64,000 bases of DNA, taken from NCBI GenBank assembly GCA_965205505.1, contig CBDBHB010000007.1:192001-256000 (forward strand), written 5' to 3'. A program made the position numbers and the translations under genes. The notes beneath the pieces were generated by a model, which saw only the letters and a list, made by a program, of their open reading frames with translations, searched no databases and had not been told where the DNA came from. Positions 1 to 10,998 of this stretch are shown piece by piece (position 1 is the stretch's first letter; every line of letters begins with the position of its first letter). This DNA comes from Acidobacteriota bacterium (GTDB taxonomy: Bacteria; Acidobacteriota; UBA890; WLXD01).

Positions 1-704
1 TAAAGCTGTGCTGCGTATTCCCACAGGTCGAGGAACTGCCCGTCTTGGTCAAACGAGTGCAGGCGGCCGTTCTCGCGATCGGCGACGTACACGAGTCCTT
101 GGGGACCGACAGCTATGGAGTGGGCGACAACGAACTCACCTGGCCCGGTCCCGCGATTGCCCCATTCGTTTACCTGGTGTCCGAGCGCGTCGAACTCCAG
201 CACGCGTCCGTTGCAATACCCGTCAGCGACGAGGACGTGATCGTTCGCCGCAAAAGCGATGTCGGCAGCGCCGCAGAACCCCCTACGGGACTCTGGCAGT
301 TCGATCTGTATTTCGAGAAGCAGGGCTCCTTCCGACGTAAACTTGTAGACCTTGGATGTGTTGGAGTCTACGGTCCATACGTTACCGGCCGGATCGACGC
401 GAATGCCGTGCGGGATGTTGAACAAACCCGCGCCCCAGGACCGCAGGAAGCGTCCCATCGGATCGAGCACAACCACCGGATCTCCAGCGGTCGGCCGATG
501 AAGCACGTAGATATTGCCTTGCCCGTCTATCGACACCGCTGAGATCCCCTCGAGAACCAGTGCGGGGCCAACCGCCAGTTCGACGCGGTCCAGCGGTAGT
601 TGGGGGACATCCTCGAGTCGGTCGCGGAAGAGGTCCGAATCTGCGTCTTGCGCAGCAACAGGTGCGGCCACGAAGCACAGAAGGATCAGCGATGCGAGTC
701 TCAT
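1..704 (-). CDS. Secreted NHL-repeat beta-propeller protein (PAL-like), runs off the left edge
   Basis: Not in the ORF track. Manual translation from ATG 704: MRLASLILLCFVAAPVAAQ (signal peptide)...PHGIRVDPAGNVWTVD...VADGYCNGRV...GPGEFVVAHSIAVGPQGLVYVADRENGRL; no stop before the edge. Confidence 0.85.
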   Translation of the reverse strand, partial: MRLASLILLCFVAAPVAAQDADSDLFRDRLEDVPQLPLDRVELAVGPALVLEGISAVSIDGQGNIYVLHRPTAGDPVVVLDPMGRFLRSWGAGLFNIPHGIRVDPAGNVWTVDSNTSKVYKFTSEGALLLEIQIELPESRRGFCGAADIAFAANDHVLVADGYCNGRVLEFDALGHQVNEWGNRGTGPGEFVVAHSIAVGPQGLVYVADRENGRLHSFDQDGQFLDLWEYAAQL

Positions 705-838
705 TTGTCGCCGGGCATGGTGGGAAGTCGGAAGCACGGGCGCATTAATAGCCTGTTGGGTTGCCACCCGCAATAGGGGGCGGGGCAGGAACCCGAGTGC
801 CCCCGGTCGACAAAGCACGGCTAGGCTGGCTGACGGCG

Positions 839-970
839 CTACGGGTCCGTCGGCACGAGCCGCCTCAGCTCGTCGAACCCGCTGCTAACCAGGGTCACCG
901 TACCGCTGCTCCGCTTGGTGTCAAGGAACACGACGAAGAGCTGGCCGTTGCCGGTGACGCCATACTCTCG
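839..970 (-). pseudogene. C-terminal remnant of a Ser/Thr kinase-PD40 gene
   Basis: Translates EYGVTGNGQLFVVF...VTLVSSGFDELRRLVPTDP*, homologous to the tail ending at 45427 (YDVTVDGQRFVMF...NWFDELKRLVPADP*). Confidence 0.75.
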
Positions 971-1751
971 TTGAACCCGCGCGCGGCTTCGACGTTGTCG
1001 ACGTAGACGATGGTGTACCCGAGCCGCCCCCGCGTCAGTAATTATCCAACTTCCATCGTCTCACCCCACGTTGGCAGAGAGGGCAGACGCTCGCCCGCTC
1101 TCGCTTCTGCACTTTGGAAGCGACAAGAGCTGCTAGCTCCCTGTCCTGGAACAGCGTCGTGAGGAAACTGAATCGCTTCTGCCTCGACGACATCTGTTCG
1201 GTCGATGTAGCGGTCCGGCAATGTATCAATCCGTTCGTTGTCATTCGATGTCACTAGCTCGACACCGCACTGCGACCCTATAAGGATTAAAGGGCGGCCG
1301 TTAGTCATTCAGAAGGAGACGCGCCGTACGACTCTTCTGTACGCCCCAAGAGTGGCCAGTGCTCTAGTTGTGATTCCACAGACACGAATTGCCGCACTAT
1401 GGAGAGCAACGCCGTCGTTTGGGCCAGAACCCGAGCACTCAAGGAACCTGCAGCCAGGCTTGCGCTATATAAAACGGTGTGTTGCCCGCGATGGAAGACG
1501 ATGCTGCTGGGGAGTCCTTAGGCAAACCGTTATTGGAGATGATTTGAACTGACAGTGCGGGCCTACGAACAGAATAGACACGAGATATGAACGCTCCTCG
1601 GTTCTGGAGACGAGAGTTAGTTGCGGATCCACCCAGGATGCGCTTAATCGTCACCATTGAGAACCTCTGTCCGGCGGTCTTCTGGGCCTTGGATTGGTTC
1701 CCTTGACCAACGGTTAGTCCACTTGCGATCCTGCCCGACTGTGTTAGGGGT

Positions 1752-1824
1752 TCAGTTGTTGACTGTTTTAGGATCGTCAGTTGTTGACTGGTTTTGGGGA
1801 GGCTCAGTTGTTGACTGCAGTACA
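1752..1824 (-). mobile_element. Orphan transposon end (TGT terminus with three subterminal repeats)
   Basis: TCAGTTGTTGACTG at 1752, 1777 and 1804; the minus strand begins TGTACTGC-AGTCAACAACTGA at 1824. Confidence 0.55.
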
Positions 1825-1989
1825 GCAGAAACGTCCCGAGGAGAGCCGGGGCGGGTCAGGCTCGCGAACTCACCTTCGCGGCCTGCCCGGCCATCCACGT
1901 CACCTCCGTTCCCGCGAACGTGCCGAAGATGTGCGTGCGCGTGGGAATGGCTGGGCGAAGGTTTGCATGGCGTGGAGTTCCAAGAGAAG

Positions 1990-2846
1990 GACAGAGCTGA
2001 GGGCCAACGCGACCAAGTTTGTCGCGTTTCTCTCTATCAGCATTCTCTTCGTTTTGACTCTCCCGGAGAGCACTGTAGCCCTCGTGGGGGCTTGTGTCTC
2101 CGAGGTTGCTGGTCGTTCTCGTCACCACCGTGATGGTGATTCAGTTCCTCTCGTATCTGTCGATCGAACTGTGGCGAAAAGAGGGTCTGCTGGTGATGGG
2201 AACTCTAGTCGGCGTGGTGAACAGCAACGTGATCAACGGTGCGATGGCGTCGATTACCAAGCAGAACCCCAAGCTCGCCGACCATGCCGCCGCGACTGTC
2301 GGGTGCGGAAACCTCGCGATGCTGGCAAGGAACAGTATCGTTGCCAGCATGCTCGGCCTTCGCGCCGCCGCGCTGATCATCGCGCCGATCTTGTCGATGT
2401 TGATCGTCGGTGGCCTGACCGTCTTCTTCGCTGTCAAGAAGACTAACGCGCAAATAGCGAACCAGGAGTTCGAAGTCTCGAATCCGTTTGCGCTACGAAC
2501 GGTGCTGCAATTTGCGGCAGTCGTAACCGGAGTAACAATCGTCGGGTTCGGCATTCACGAGTATTTCGGAGATCTGGGCCTCTACGTATCGGCGTTTGTC
2601 AGTGTCTACGCTGCCGGCGGTCCGATCATCCTTTCCGCGATCATGCTCGCATCAACGGATCAGATCACGCTCTTTGCAGCGACGACGGTCATCATGATCG
2701 CCTCGATTTCCAGTGCTTCCAACGACGCCGTAATACAGCTGTTGTGTGGAGCCAGGCCGCTGGCCAAGAGCTTTATTCGGCTGTCGGCGCCGATGTTGGC
2801 GACGGGGATTCTCGTGCTGGTGTTGGAGTGGTTTCTGTTCGGATGA
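1990..2846 (+). pseudogene. MgtC/SapB-DUF4010 membrane protein, 5'-truncated and frameshifted near 2095
   Basis: Multi-TM ORF 2094-2846 with SNPFALRTVLQF; the upstream frame carries TELRANATKFVAFL...TLP; N-terminal domain missing. Confidence 0.6.
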
Positions 2847-3082
2847 CGTCGGTGCAGGCGCTGCACTCGTCGCTCAGTGTTGCTGGGCGGCATTGTCGAG
2901 TTAACCGGCGGCCTAGCAGGCCTGTGGTGGTGGTGGAAGTGTGGTGAGTCCCACTTGCCCGGAGGGTTACGCCGCCAACGGCACATCTGCAGCGTTGCCG
3001 CTCTTGAACGATGCGCCAAGGCATCGCCGGCATCGCGGCGCCTTGCATCTGCGCCCTTGGTGACGTAACCAGACCCATCACA

Positions 3083-4155
<1,073 letters not shown>

Positions 4156-4190
4156 CTTTCACCACGGCCTACTAGCCCGTCGGGCGGCTG

Positions 4191-5042
4191 TCAGCGATCC
4201 ACTTCGGTGTCGGGCTGATTGGCCCATTCGTTGAAGGATCCGGCGTAGTTCGATGCCCGGTCATAACCCAGGATCTTCAGGACAAGCGCTGCGAGACCCG
4301 CGCGCGCACCGCCCCCTCAGTAGGTAGCCACGGCGGCCTCCGGTGTGATCCCTTTATCACCCAGGAGCGTGGTGAGCTCGGCGGCAGGCTTCAACGTCCC
4401 GTTGTCGGCATCGAACAGCTCGCGGTAGTCCAAATGGACAGCGCCCGGCAGGTGCCCGAGCCGGGGCGGAGCATTCCACCCCTTCGTCGTCCCCTCGAAC
4501 TCGCCGAGACTGCGCACGTCCCAGAAGACGACGCCGGCGTCATCGATGGAGGCTTTCGCCTGCTCCAGGGAGCAGTAGACGCTCTCTACCGGGCGAGCTG
4601 CGAACGTCCGCGGTTCGTGGACCGGGGCGTCGCTGGAAAGCGGCAGCCCCTCGGCGGTCCACTTCGCCAACCCACCATCGAGGTAGCGGACATCGGGATG
4701 GCCGTAGTAGAGGAACGTCCAGGCGTTCATCCCCGCCAACTGGGACAATTGCGACCGTCCCCCCGCGTCGTAGACGACGACCGGCGTGCGCTCGTCGATT
4801 CCAAGCGCCCCGACGAGGTGAGCGAAGGCCTCGGGCTCCGGCATCTCGGATTCCGGGCGTATCCCGCCAAGCGTGAAGCCGTTGATGTGAACAGCGCCGG
4901 GAATATGGCCACCGGCGTAGTCTTCGTCAGAACGAGCATCGACAACGCGAACCGTCGGATCGGACAGACGACTGGCGAGCCAATCGGTCTCGGCCAGCAG
5001 CTCCGGATGAGGGTAGTCGCGCTCGCGAATGGGAACGGGCAT
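4191..5042 (-). CDS. Two-domain sulfurtransferase (rhodanese), selenocysteine at the active site
   Basis: GHIPGA and GHLPGA motifs; reading through TGA 4317-4319 gives ATY-U-GGGARAG...NYAGSFNEWA...DR*, restoring the catalytic loop and C-terminal signature. Confidence 0.88.
4286..4316 (-). promoter_or_regulatory. Putative bacterial SECIS element
   Basis: Stem GCGCGCG-GGTCT-CGCAGCGC with the GGTCT loop starting 19 nt after UGA. Confidence 0.7.
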
Positions 5043-5061
5043 GCATCGCTCCGATCGGTTT

Positions 5062-5086
5062 CTAGCAGACCGTGGTGAAAGTGTGG
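5062..5086 (+). repeat. IS/MITE end copy
   Basis: CTAGCAGACCGTGGTGAAAGTGTGG. Confidence 0.8.
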
Positions 5087-5212
5087 CAGCGAGCCGCTGG
5101 CCTCTTCCCTGTTTCGCAGCACACTCGGCGCAGCTCCTGAACGCGGTAGCCTACCAGGCTCGCCTGGAAACCGCCGATCAATCTGTTCGCAAGGCGGTGA
5201 TTGAACCCACTG

Positions 5213-5237
5213 CTAGCAGGCCGTGGTGGAAGTGTGG
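5213..5237 (+). repeat. IS/MITE end copy
   Basis: CTAGCAGGCCGTGGTGGAAGTGTGG. Confidence 0.8.
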
Positions 5238-5275
5238 CGGGCCTGGCGCCGGAACCCACGCTTGCCGGGGAGCGG

Positions 5276-5668
5276 CTAATCGAGCTGGGAGCGCATCCAG
5301 TCGATTAGGCTGCCCTTAGTGACCTCGCCGGTGGCGACCGCGAAGGTCATTTTCTCGAGTTCATCGGGATCGGGTGGGGGAAGCGAGTCCACACCGTTGA
5401 CGTCGAGGAAGATCAGCGCGGCCAAGACCGCGGTCCGCTTGTTGCCGTCGTGGAACGCGTGATTCTGCGCGATGTGGAACATATACGCAGCGGCCATCTC
5501 GGCGAGGCCCGCGTGCAGGTACCTTCCGTCGAACTGCTGCTGTGGCATGAGAACCGCAGATTCGAGCAGGCCGGCGTCCCGTAGACCAGCCATCCCCCCC
5601 TCATGGCCGATCGTGTGCTCGTGGATCATCAGGACATCCGCAACCGACAGGAAGCGCGACGTCCTCAT
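5276..5668 (-). CDS. doc: Death-on-curing (Fic/Doc) toxin
   Basis: HAFHDGNKRTA Fic/Doc motif, 130 aa. Confidence 0.92.
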   Translation of the reverse strand: MRTSRFLSVADVLMIHEHTIGHEGGMAGLRDAGLLESAVLMPQQQFDGRYLHAGLAEMAAAYMFHIAQNHAFHDGNKRTAVLAALIFLDVNGVDSLPPPDPDELEKMTFAVATGEVTKGSLIDWMRSQLD

Positions 5669-5671
5669 CTT

Positions 5672-5899
5672 TCACTCGGCCAACCGCTCGAGCATCTCGC
5701 CGTAGCGCGGACGAAGCTTCTCGATGGCTTCGAGAACCCGTTCCCTCCCGATGCCGACGTTGACTGGAGTGATGACCAGCGAGTTCCCGCTCACCGTGAC
5801 CTGGAGCGGAGTATCGCTGTCGATTCCGAGCGCCTCCATGATCGGCTTGTCGATCACCAGGGCCTGGCTGTTTCCGTGGCTCTGCAGCTTCTTGATCAT
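5672..5899 (-). CDS. AbrB/MazE-family antitoxin
   Basis: KLQSHGNSQALVIDKPI swapped-hairpin motif, directly upstream of doc. Confidence 0.88.
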   Translation of the reverse strand: MIKKLQSHGNSQALVIDKPIMEALGIDSDTPLQVTVSGNSLVITPVNVGIGRERVLEAIEKLRPRYGEMLERLAE

Positions 5900-5911
5900 G
5901 CTCCGCCTATG

Positions 5912-5930
5912 GTTATAACAACGTTATAAC
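5912..5930. promoter_or_regulatory. Toxin-antitoxin autoregulatory operator
   Basis: Two GTTATAAC palindromes 3 nt apart, just upstream of the antitoxin start. Confidence 0.7.
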
Positions 5931-6091
5931 TTTAGAGCACGAGCGCAGTCAACCCTTGCCTGGGACCCATCACACCTCCGCCATCGGGCCACCCGGAGGT
6001 CCGGGCGAACTCACGCGAGCGGCACGCGAGCACGGTCGGGGCCTTCCTTGGGCTGGGCGTCGCCCCGGCGTCGTCATGGCAACACGGGGCG

Positions 6092-7624
6092 TTAGTCCCC
6101 GGCCTTGACGACCTCCTTCATGTACCAGTCGATGAAGCGAGAGGGACCGCCCTCGTGGGTGGAGTAGCGACCGGCGCTGTAGGCGTCCGACTCGATGCCT
6201 GCGTGGTTGTTGTCGGTGATCCAGATGTCCTCCTGGATCGTGACGTGCCACAACGCCTTCACGTTGTCCGGATCGTAGTCGCGCCCCTCGACGGCATCGG
6301 GATGCACCAGCCAGACGATCTCGCAGTCGGTGAACTTCTCCGTCCGCGGCGTGAACCGAGCTACCGCAACGTGATCGTCGTAGGTTTGCCAGTAGCCGGT
6401 TGACTCGGCGGTCGTGGCGCCGCCGGTCTCGTGGTTCCAACTCGTGATGTTGGGCAGCAGTATCGACACGGCCTTGCCGTCGATTGACCCGGTGACGTAG
6501 CCCGGATTGAGCAACCCGCCCATGCTCCCGTAGGCGGGGGTGTCATCCATGCCTTCGCCGTCCATGCCTTCGCCAGCCATGCCAGCAGATCCGGAGTTCC
6601 GCCGCCGCCGATGGTCCTCCGGAACCCACGCCGCCACGGCAGCCGCCCTTTCAGCTCTCTGCTCGGGGGTGACGTCGTTGTCCCAGTTGTGTGTCGTCAC
6701 CAGGGGGCGATGTGCTGCGCCGCAGTGGTAGCACTCCTTGAAGTTCTCCAGCGCCAGCTTCCAGTTGGCGTTGATCGGGTAATACTCGCGTGCCGCGACC
6801 TTCAGATCCCCCAGGCTCCATTTCTCGCCCATAGAACGAATCCGGTCGCCCACAGCCGACTCGAAGTCCGGCGGCGTGTCCGACTTGGACAAGTTGACGA
6901 AGATCTGGCCTTCGGCGACCCGCAGGTGGCAGGGAAGAAGCCCGTTGTCGGCCGGGTCGAAGTCGTCCTGCATGCCGTAGGCGTAGATGAGGCTGCCTTC
7001 GGTATCGTATGTCCAGGCGTGGTATGGGCAGCGGAACACCGGTGAGTTGCCGGACTGGCCGAGCTGCTTGACCGACAGGCGCGGGTCGCTCGGGGGCGCG
7101 TCGGCGTCGTGGCGACACAGGCGCGAGCCGCGGTGGCGGCAGACGTTGTAGAAGCCCTTGATGTCGCCGCCCTGACCGCGAACGATCAGGATGGACTCGG
7201 AGCGGCCGAACTCGAACGCGAAGAAGTCGCCCGCGTTCGGAATGCGGCTGGCCTGATCGACGTACTGCCAGAAGTTCTCCGCCACGAACGCCTCATCGGC
7301 GTCGAAGTGCTTTGCCTCCAGGTAGTACTCGGCGGGAATGGTCAGGCCCTCTTTCCAACCGTTGATGCTGGCCTTCTTGGAGACCGGCGCGGTCAACGCT
7401 GCCGCCCCCCGGCCACCGTAGCCAACGGCCTCGTCGCGCATCTCGACCCGAGCCGTACGACCATAGGTTGTCTTCGTGACGGCGGCCTTCGCCGGGGTCG
7501 AGCCCAGCAACGTCTTGGGCAGGGCGACGGCCGCGGTGCCGGCGGCGACCGAGGTTTTTGCGAAGGTTCGACGGCTTAGCTTGGTCTCTGCACCGTTCGT
7601 CTCGCCTGGGTCTCGCCTGCTCAT
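6092..7624 (-). CDS. Rieske ring-hydroxylating oxygenase alpha subunit (GbcA/stachydrine demethylase-like) with twin-arginine leader
   Basis: CRHRG...CPYH Rieske motif, NWKLALENFKECYHCGAAH iron site, SRRTFAK plus Ala-rich h-region; start placed after GGAGGG. Confidence 0.85.
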   Translation of the reverse strand: MSRRDPGETNGAETKLSRRTFAKTSVAAGTAAVALPKTLLGSTPAKAAVTKTTYGRTARVEMRDEAVGYGGRGAAALTAPVSKKASINGWKEGLTIPAEYYLEAKHFDADEAFVAENFWQYVDQASRIPNAGDFFAFEFGRSESILIVRGQGGDIKGFYNVCRHRGSRLCRHDADAPPSDPRLSVKQLGQSGNSPVFRCPYHAWTYDTEGSLIYAYGMQDDFDPADNGLLPCHLRVAEGQIFVNLSKSDTPPDFESAVGDRIRSMGEKWSLGDLKVAAREYYPINANWKLALENFKECYHCGAAHRPLVTTHNWDNDVTPEQRAERAAAVAAWVPEDHRRRRNSGSAGMAGEGMDGEGMDDTPAYGSMGGLLNPGYVTGSIDGKAVSILLPNITSWNHETGGATTAESTGYWQTYDDHVAVARFTPRTEKFTDCEIVWLVHPDAVEGRDYDPDNVKALWHVTIQEDIWITDNNHAGIESDAYSAGRYSTHEGGPSRFIDWYMKEVVKAGD

Positions 7625-7722
7625 GCTGCCCTCCATCCGTCGAGCCTGAAACTGCAGTTCCTTCCACTTGCCACAATGACCGATATCACGACCCCGCTGG
7701 TATTGCAACGGAGAGCTGATTC

Positions 7723-7799
7723 CTCGTAGTGACCTACTCGGGTGCCGGGTTCCATGGCGCTACCGGAACGTGGGTGAGCGTCTGAAGCTTATCCCAGAG
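7723..7799 (-). pseudogene. Kinase-family leader and first codons (MEPGTRVGHYE)
   Basis: Matches the start of 40014 ([11 protein letters not shown]) and the leader motif at 55586-55612. Confidence 0.65.
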
Positions 7800-7951
7800 C
7801 GCACGAGATCCAACGTAGCGAGCCCGGTAGTCTCTCCGCCCCGGATTCCGAGGCAGGCACCGGCAACTCGAGTGGACCTGGAGTGCGCAGAGATAGGCGC
7901 CAGCTACCGCTCACCAACGCTCACTGCGTGTGTTTGCGGCCAGCAACTGAA

Positions 7952-9043
7952 TTACTGAATCTGGCTCTTGCTGAAGCTCGTAGGCGGTACGAGATCCTGT
8001 GATTTGGCCGCACCTGCCTGTGGGGAGCTTCCACGCGACAGCATCTTGTACCAGTCGCGGAAAGGCCCGGTGGTGTTTTGCCAGAAACCTCGGTACTCCG
8101 CCTGCGTCGCCGGACCAATGCCCCAAGGCGTATATTCATCCAACTCGGGTATATACAGGGTACCGAACATCCGGTCAAAGATACTGGTGACCGCCGCCAT
8201 GTTCGTATTCCAATGCTTCTTCAGGTAACTGTGGTGCGTATGATGCATGGCCGGGCTCTGTATCCATCTCTCAAGCCAGCGCGGATAATGGAAACCTATG
8301 TGATAGTGGCGGAACATCCCGTTGAAACCGAACAGCAGCGAGAACATGCCGATGTTCATTATGGTTGCCTGGGTAATGCCACCGTTAAAGAGATAGGCGA
8401 ATATTCCTCCGGCAAACGCATAGCCGAACGCCGACCCGGCCGCCCAGATAGGGCCAGAAAGGAAATGCTCACGGGATCGAGTCAGTGGCGTCAGAACTTC
8501 TGCCGAATGATGCACCTTATGAATTGCCCACAGCGCCGGGTATCTGTGCATGCACCAGTGGATAGCGTAAAACATGAAGTCATAGCAAAGCAGTGAGACC
8601 GCAGCATAGAGCACCATCCACGCATAATTGGACTGCAATGCCGGGGTCTCACCGAAAATGAATTGCAGTGACCCGATTACAGACTGTTCAGTGAACGGCG
8701 CCACGGTCGCAAACAACGACACCGCCCAGAGAGGACGCAACGAACGCTCAAACACCCAAAGCGATACATCGACGCGAGCGGACTTGTGCGTGTAAATATC
8801 TTTAGGCAACAAGAACTTCAAAAGGCCGGTTTTTCTCTCTCGACCATCGGCGCCTTTCGAACCGTGACCACGACGAACCAGAAAAATCAGGATCCCGATA
8901 AAGGCAGTGAGCATGAGGGTGCGCGGGCGGAGAACGCCGGGTACATTGGACGCGGCGGTATCCCAAACGACGCTCCCGACGCGCTGAACCATGTCGGTGA
9001 ACGGGCCGAGAATGGTCCCTGCGGCTTCTTCTTGTACGGTCAT
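7952..9043 (-). CDS. Sterol desaturase / fatty acid hydroxylase family membrane protein
   Basis: His boxes HWCMH, HKVHHS and HHTHHS; TM segments; visibly lower GC. Confidence 0.88.
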   Translation of the reverse strand: MTVQEEAAGTILGPFTDMVQRVGSVVWDTAASNVPGVLRPRTLMLTAFIGILIFLVRRGHGSKGADGRERKTGLLKFLLPKDIYTHKSARVDVSLWVFERSLRPLWAVSLFATVAPFTEQSVIGSLQFIFGETPALQSNYAWMVLYAAVSLLCYDFMFYAIHWCMHRYPALWAIHKVHHSAEVLTPLTRSREHFLSGPIWAAGSAFGYAFAGGIFAYLFNGGITQATIMNIGMFSLLFGFNGMFRHYHIGFHYPRWLERWIQSPAMHHTHHSYLKKHWNTNMAAVTSIFDRMFGTLYIPELDEYTPWGIGPATQAEYRGFWQNTTGPFRDWYKMLSRGSSPQAGAAKSQDLVPPTSFSKSQIQ

Positions 9044-9299
9044 CTAATTACTCCTACTGACTCCTGACACGCAGCCGCCGAGTGCGTGCACGATGCCCCC
9101 GGTCGAGTCAACGCCCCGCGAGCGAGCGCATCACGTCGGCTGTTTCCTGGGAGCAAGAAATCTCCGACGATCGGGATCGTCGGAGTTCGTGATCGCGCTC
9201 TTCGTTATAGCACGCGTCAGAGCACTGGAGCTATGGACCTACACGCCCTTGATCTCGCTACGCCGGCAAGGCTAGTGGGGTCTTCTTTCCCGGTTCGTT

Positions 9300-9641
9300 T
9301 CATGACTCCTCGTACTGGCGTGGAGGCCGTGGTGACGGAAGCGCACCGGTCGAGAGGACGTTCTTGTGCGCCAGCACGTTCTCGAACGACGCGAGCCAGT
9401 GCTCGAAATACCCTGGCGTCTCGGGGTTCGGGCGCTCGGGCGTCTCGCCCCCGTCGTCGATCGCCGCGATCAGTTGCTCACGAAACTCGTCCCAGTCGTA
9501 GAGGCCCTGCTCGCAAAGAGCAACCGCCATCGCGAAGACTCGCCGCTCCCACTCATCGTGGAAGACAAGCTCACCGTTGCGACGCGGGAGCGCCCCGGTG
9601 CCCGGCATATCGGCGATCGCCTCGTTTGCGGTTCGGTCCAT
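9300..9641 (-). CDS. Nitrile hydratase accessory (activator) protein
   Basis: [23 protein letters not shown]...YFEHWLASFE, downstream of the alpha subunit. Confidence 0.88.
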   Translation of the reverse strand: MDRTANEAIADMPGTGALPRRNGELVFHDEWERRVFAMAVALCEQGLYDWDEFREQLIAAIDDGGETPERPNPETPGYFEHWLASFENVLAHKNVLSTGALPSPRPPRQYEES

Positions 9642-9652
9642 TGTCGTCGCAG

Positions 9653-10330
9653 TCAGAGGGTGGAAACTGGAACCCGGGCAACGCCGATCATCGAATCGCG
9701 GATCACCAGCTCGGCGAGCTTCTCTTCACTGAGACCTTCGGTTCCCGCGGGTCGCTCAGGTAGCACCAGGTAGCGAATCTCCGCGCTGCTGTCCCAGACG
9801 CGGAGCTCGACGTCGTCGTCGAGCTCGAGGCCGAACTCTTCCAGAACCGCTCGGGGATCGATGACGACTCTCGAGCGGTAGGCCGCGCTCTTGTACCAGG
9901 CGGGTGGGAGGCCGAGAACCGGCCACGGATAACAAGAGCACAGGGTGCATACGACGACGTTGTGCACCTGGGGAGTGTTTTCTACCGCCACCATGTGCTC
10001 GCCCTGCAAACCTCCGAAGCCGAGCTCCGCGATCGCCGACGTCGCGTCGTCGAGGAGCCGCGCTTTGTAATCCGCATCGACCCATGCGCGTGCAACGACC
10101 TTGGAGCCATTCATGGGCCCGAGATCGTGCTCATAGATATCGACGAGCTTGTCGAGGGCGTCTTTCGACACCAGGCCCTTGTCGATCAGCAACGTTTCGA
10201 TCGCCTGCACACGCTGCTCGAGGGCAGAGGTCTCGTCGGCGGTTCGCCGCGGCGCTAGGTACGGGTTCGGCGGAGCATTGTGGGGGTGGTCGTGTTCGTG
10301 ATCGTGGTCATGCTGGGGATCGTCACTCAT
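9653..10330 (-). CDS. nthA: Cobalt-type nitrile hydratase alpha subunit
   Basis: [17 protein letters not shown] metal-binding motif (Thr/Tyr = Co type); His-rich N-terminus. Confidence 0.96.
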   Translation of the reverse strand: MSDDPQHDHDHEHDHPHNAPPNPYLAPRRTADETSALEQRVQAIETLLIDKGLVSKDALDKLVDIYEHDLGPMNGSKVVARAWVDADYKARLLDDATSAIAELGFGGLQGEHMVAVENTPQVHNVVVCTLCSCYPWPVLGLPPAWYKSAAYRSRVVIDPRAVLEEFGLELDDDVELRVWDSSAEIRYLVLPERPAGTEGLSEEKLAELVIRDSMIGVARVPVSTL

Positions 10331-10998
10331 TCGACACCCGTCGCTACCGGTTCCAAGTAGTCCTCCCAGAGGTCCACATAAAGGCGGTCACGGGGGGGCG
10401 CGTCGGCACCCCAAAGCTCGGTCGCTTCGAACCGGACGCAGTAAAGCGGCTGGGGGTCCTCCCCTTTTCCATGTGCATTGGAGTCGAGAAACACATGCGT
10501 ACCGTGGCAGATTGCAATCGCCCCCAGGTGCCCTCTTACATAGCGCGGCAACCTCGTGTGGCCCGGCGGATGCAGATTGCGGGCACGCACCCGATCGCCC
10601 ACGTCGAATCGTGGTTGGAGCCGCCCGGTGTTGCGGCTGGATGCCATTCCGCCGCGCACAATCGCCTCGATGATCTCTGCGTTCGCGGGTGGATCCCCGG
10701 CGGGCGGTTTCGTCGTGGAGACGCCGCTGGCGATCTCCTCCTCGGAGAGCACGCCCAACTCCTTGGCTCGCGCCTCCATGCCGGCCAGCCACCGTTCGTA
10801 GTACGAGACGGTGAGATAGAGCAATGGGTCCATTCGCTCACTGGCGTGGCGCGACGCGTCGATCGACCCGAGCCCGCCGGCGGCGAGATTCATCGCAAAG
10901 ACACGTCTTTCCCACTCGGCGCGAAAGAGCGGCTCGTCGTGCTCCCGCGCGACCGGGCCGAAACAGGTCATCCCGCCCAGATCATGGATGCTATTCGT
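10327..10998 (-). CDS. nthB: Nitrile hydratase beta subunit (start codon anomalous)
   Basis: [15 protein letters not shown]...[11 protein letters not shown]...DLWEDYLE; the codon at the usual Met position (10998) is ACG, first ATG at 10971. Confidence 0.92.
   Translation of the reverse strand, partial: TNSIHDLGGMTCFGPVAREHDEPLFRAEWERRVFAMNLAAGGLGSIDASRHASERMDPLLYLTVSYYERWLAGMEARAKELGVLSEEEIASGVSTTKPPAGDPPANAEIIEAIVRGGMASSRNTGRLQPRFDVGDRVRARNLHPPGHTRLPRYVRGHLGAIAICHGTHVFLDSNAHGKGEDPQPLYCVRFEATELWGADAPPRDRLYVDLWEDYLEPVATGVE

Noticed and set aside
8-542. Plus-strand ORFs 8-340 and 45-542, and the many long overlapping ORFs elsewhere
   Set aside because: Shadow frames of high-GC genes; the real gene here is on the minus strand.
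1035-1308. Possible phosphoribosyltransferase remnant (IDRT, CPLCQRG)
   Set aside because: The motifs are short and in different frames; not supportable without a search.
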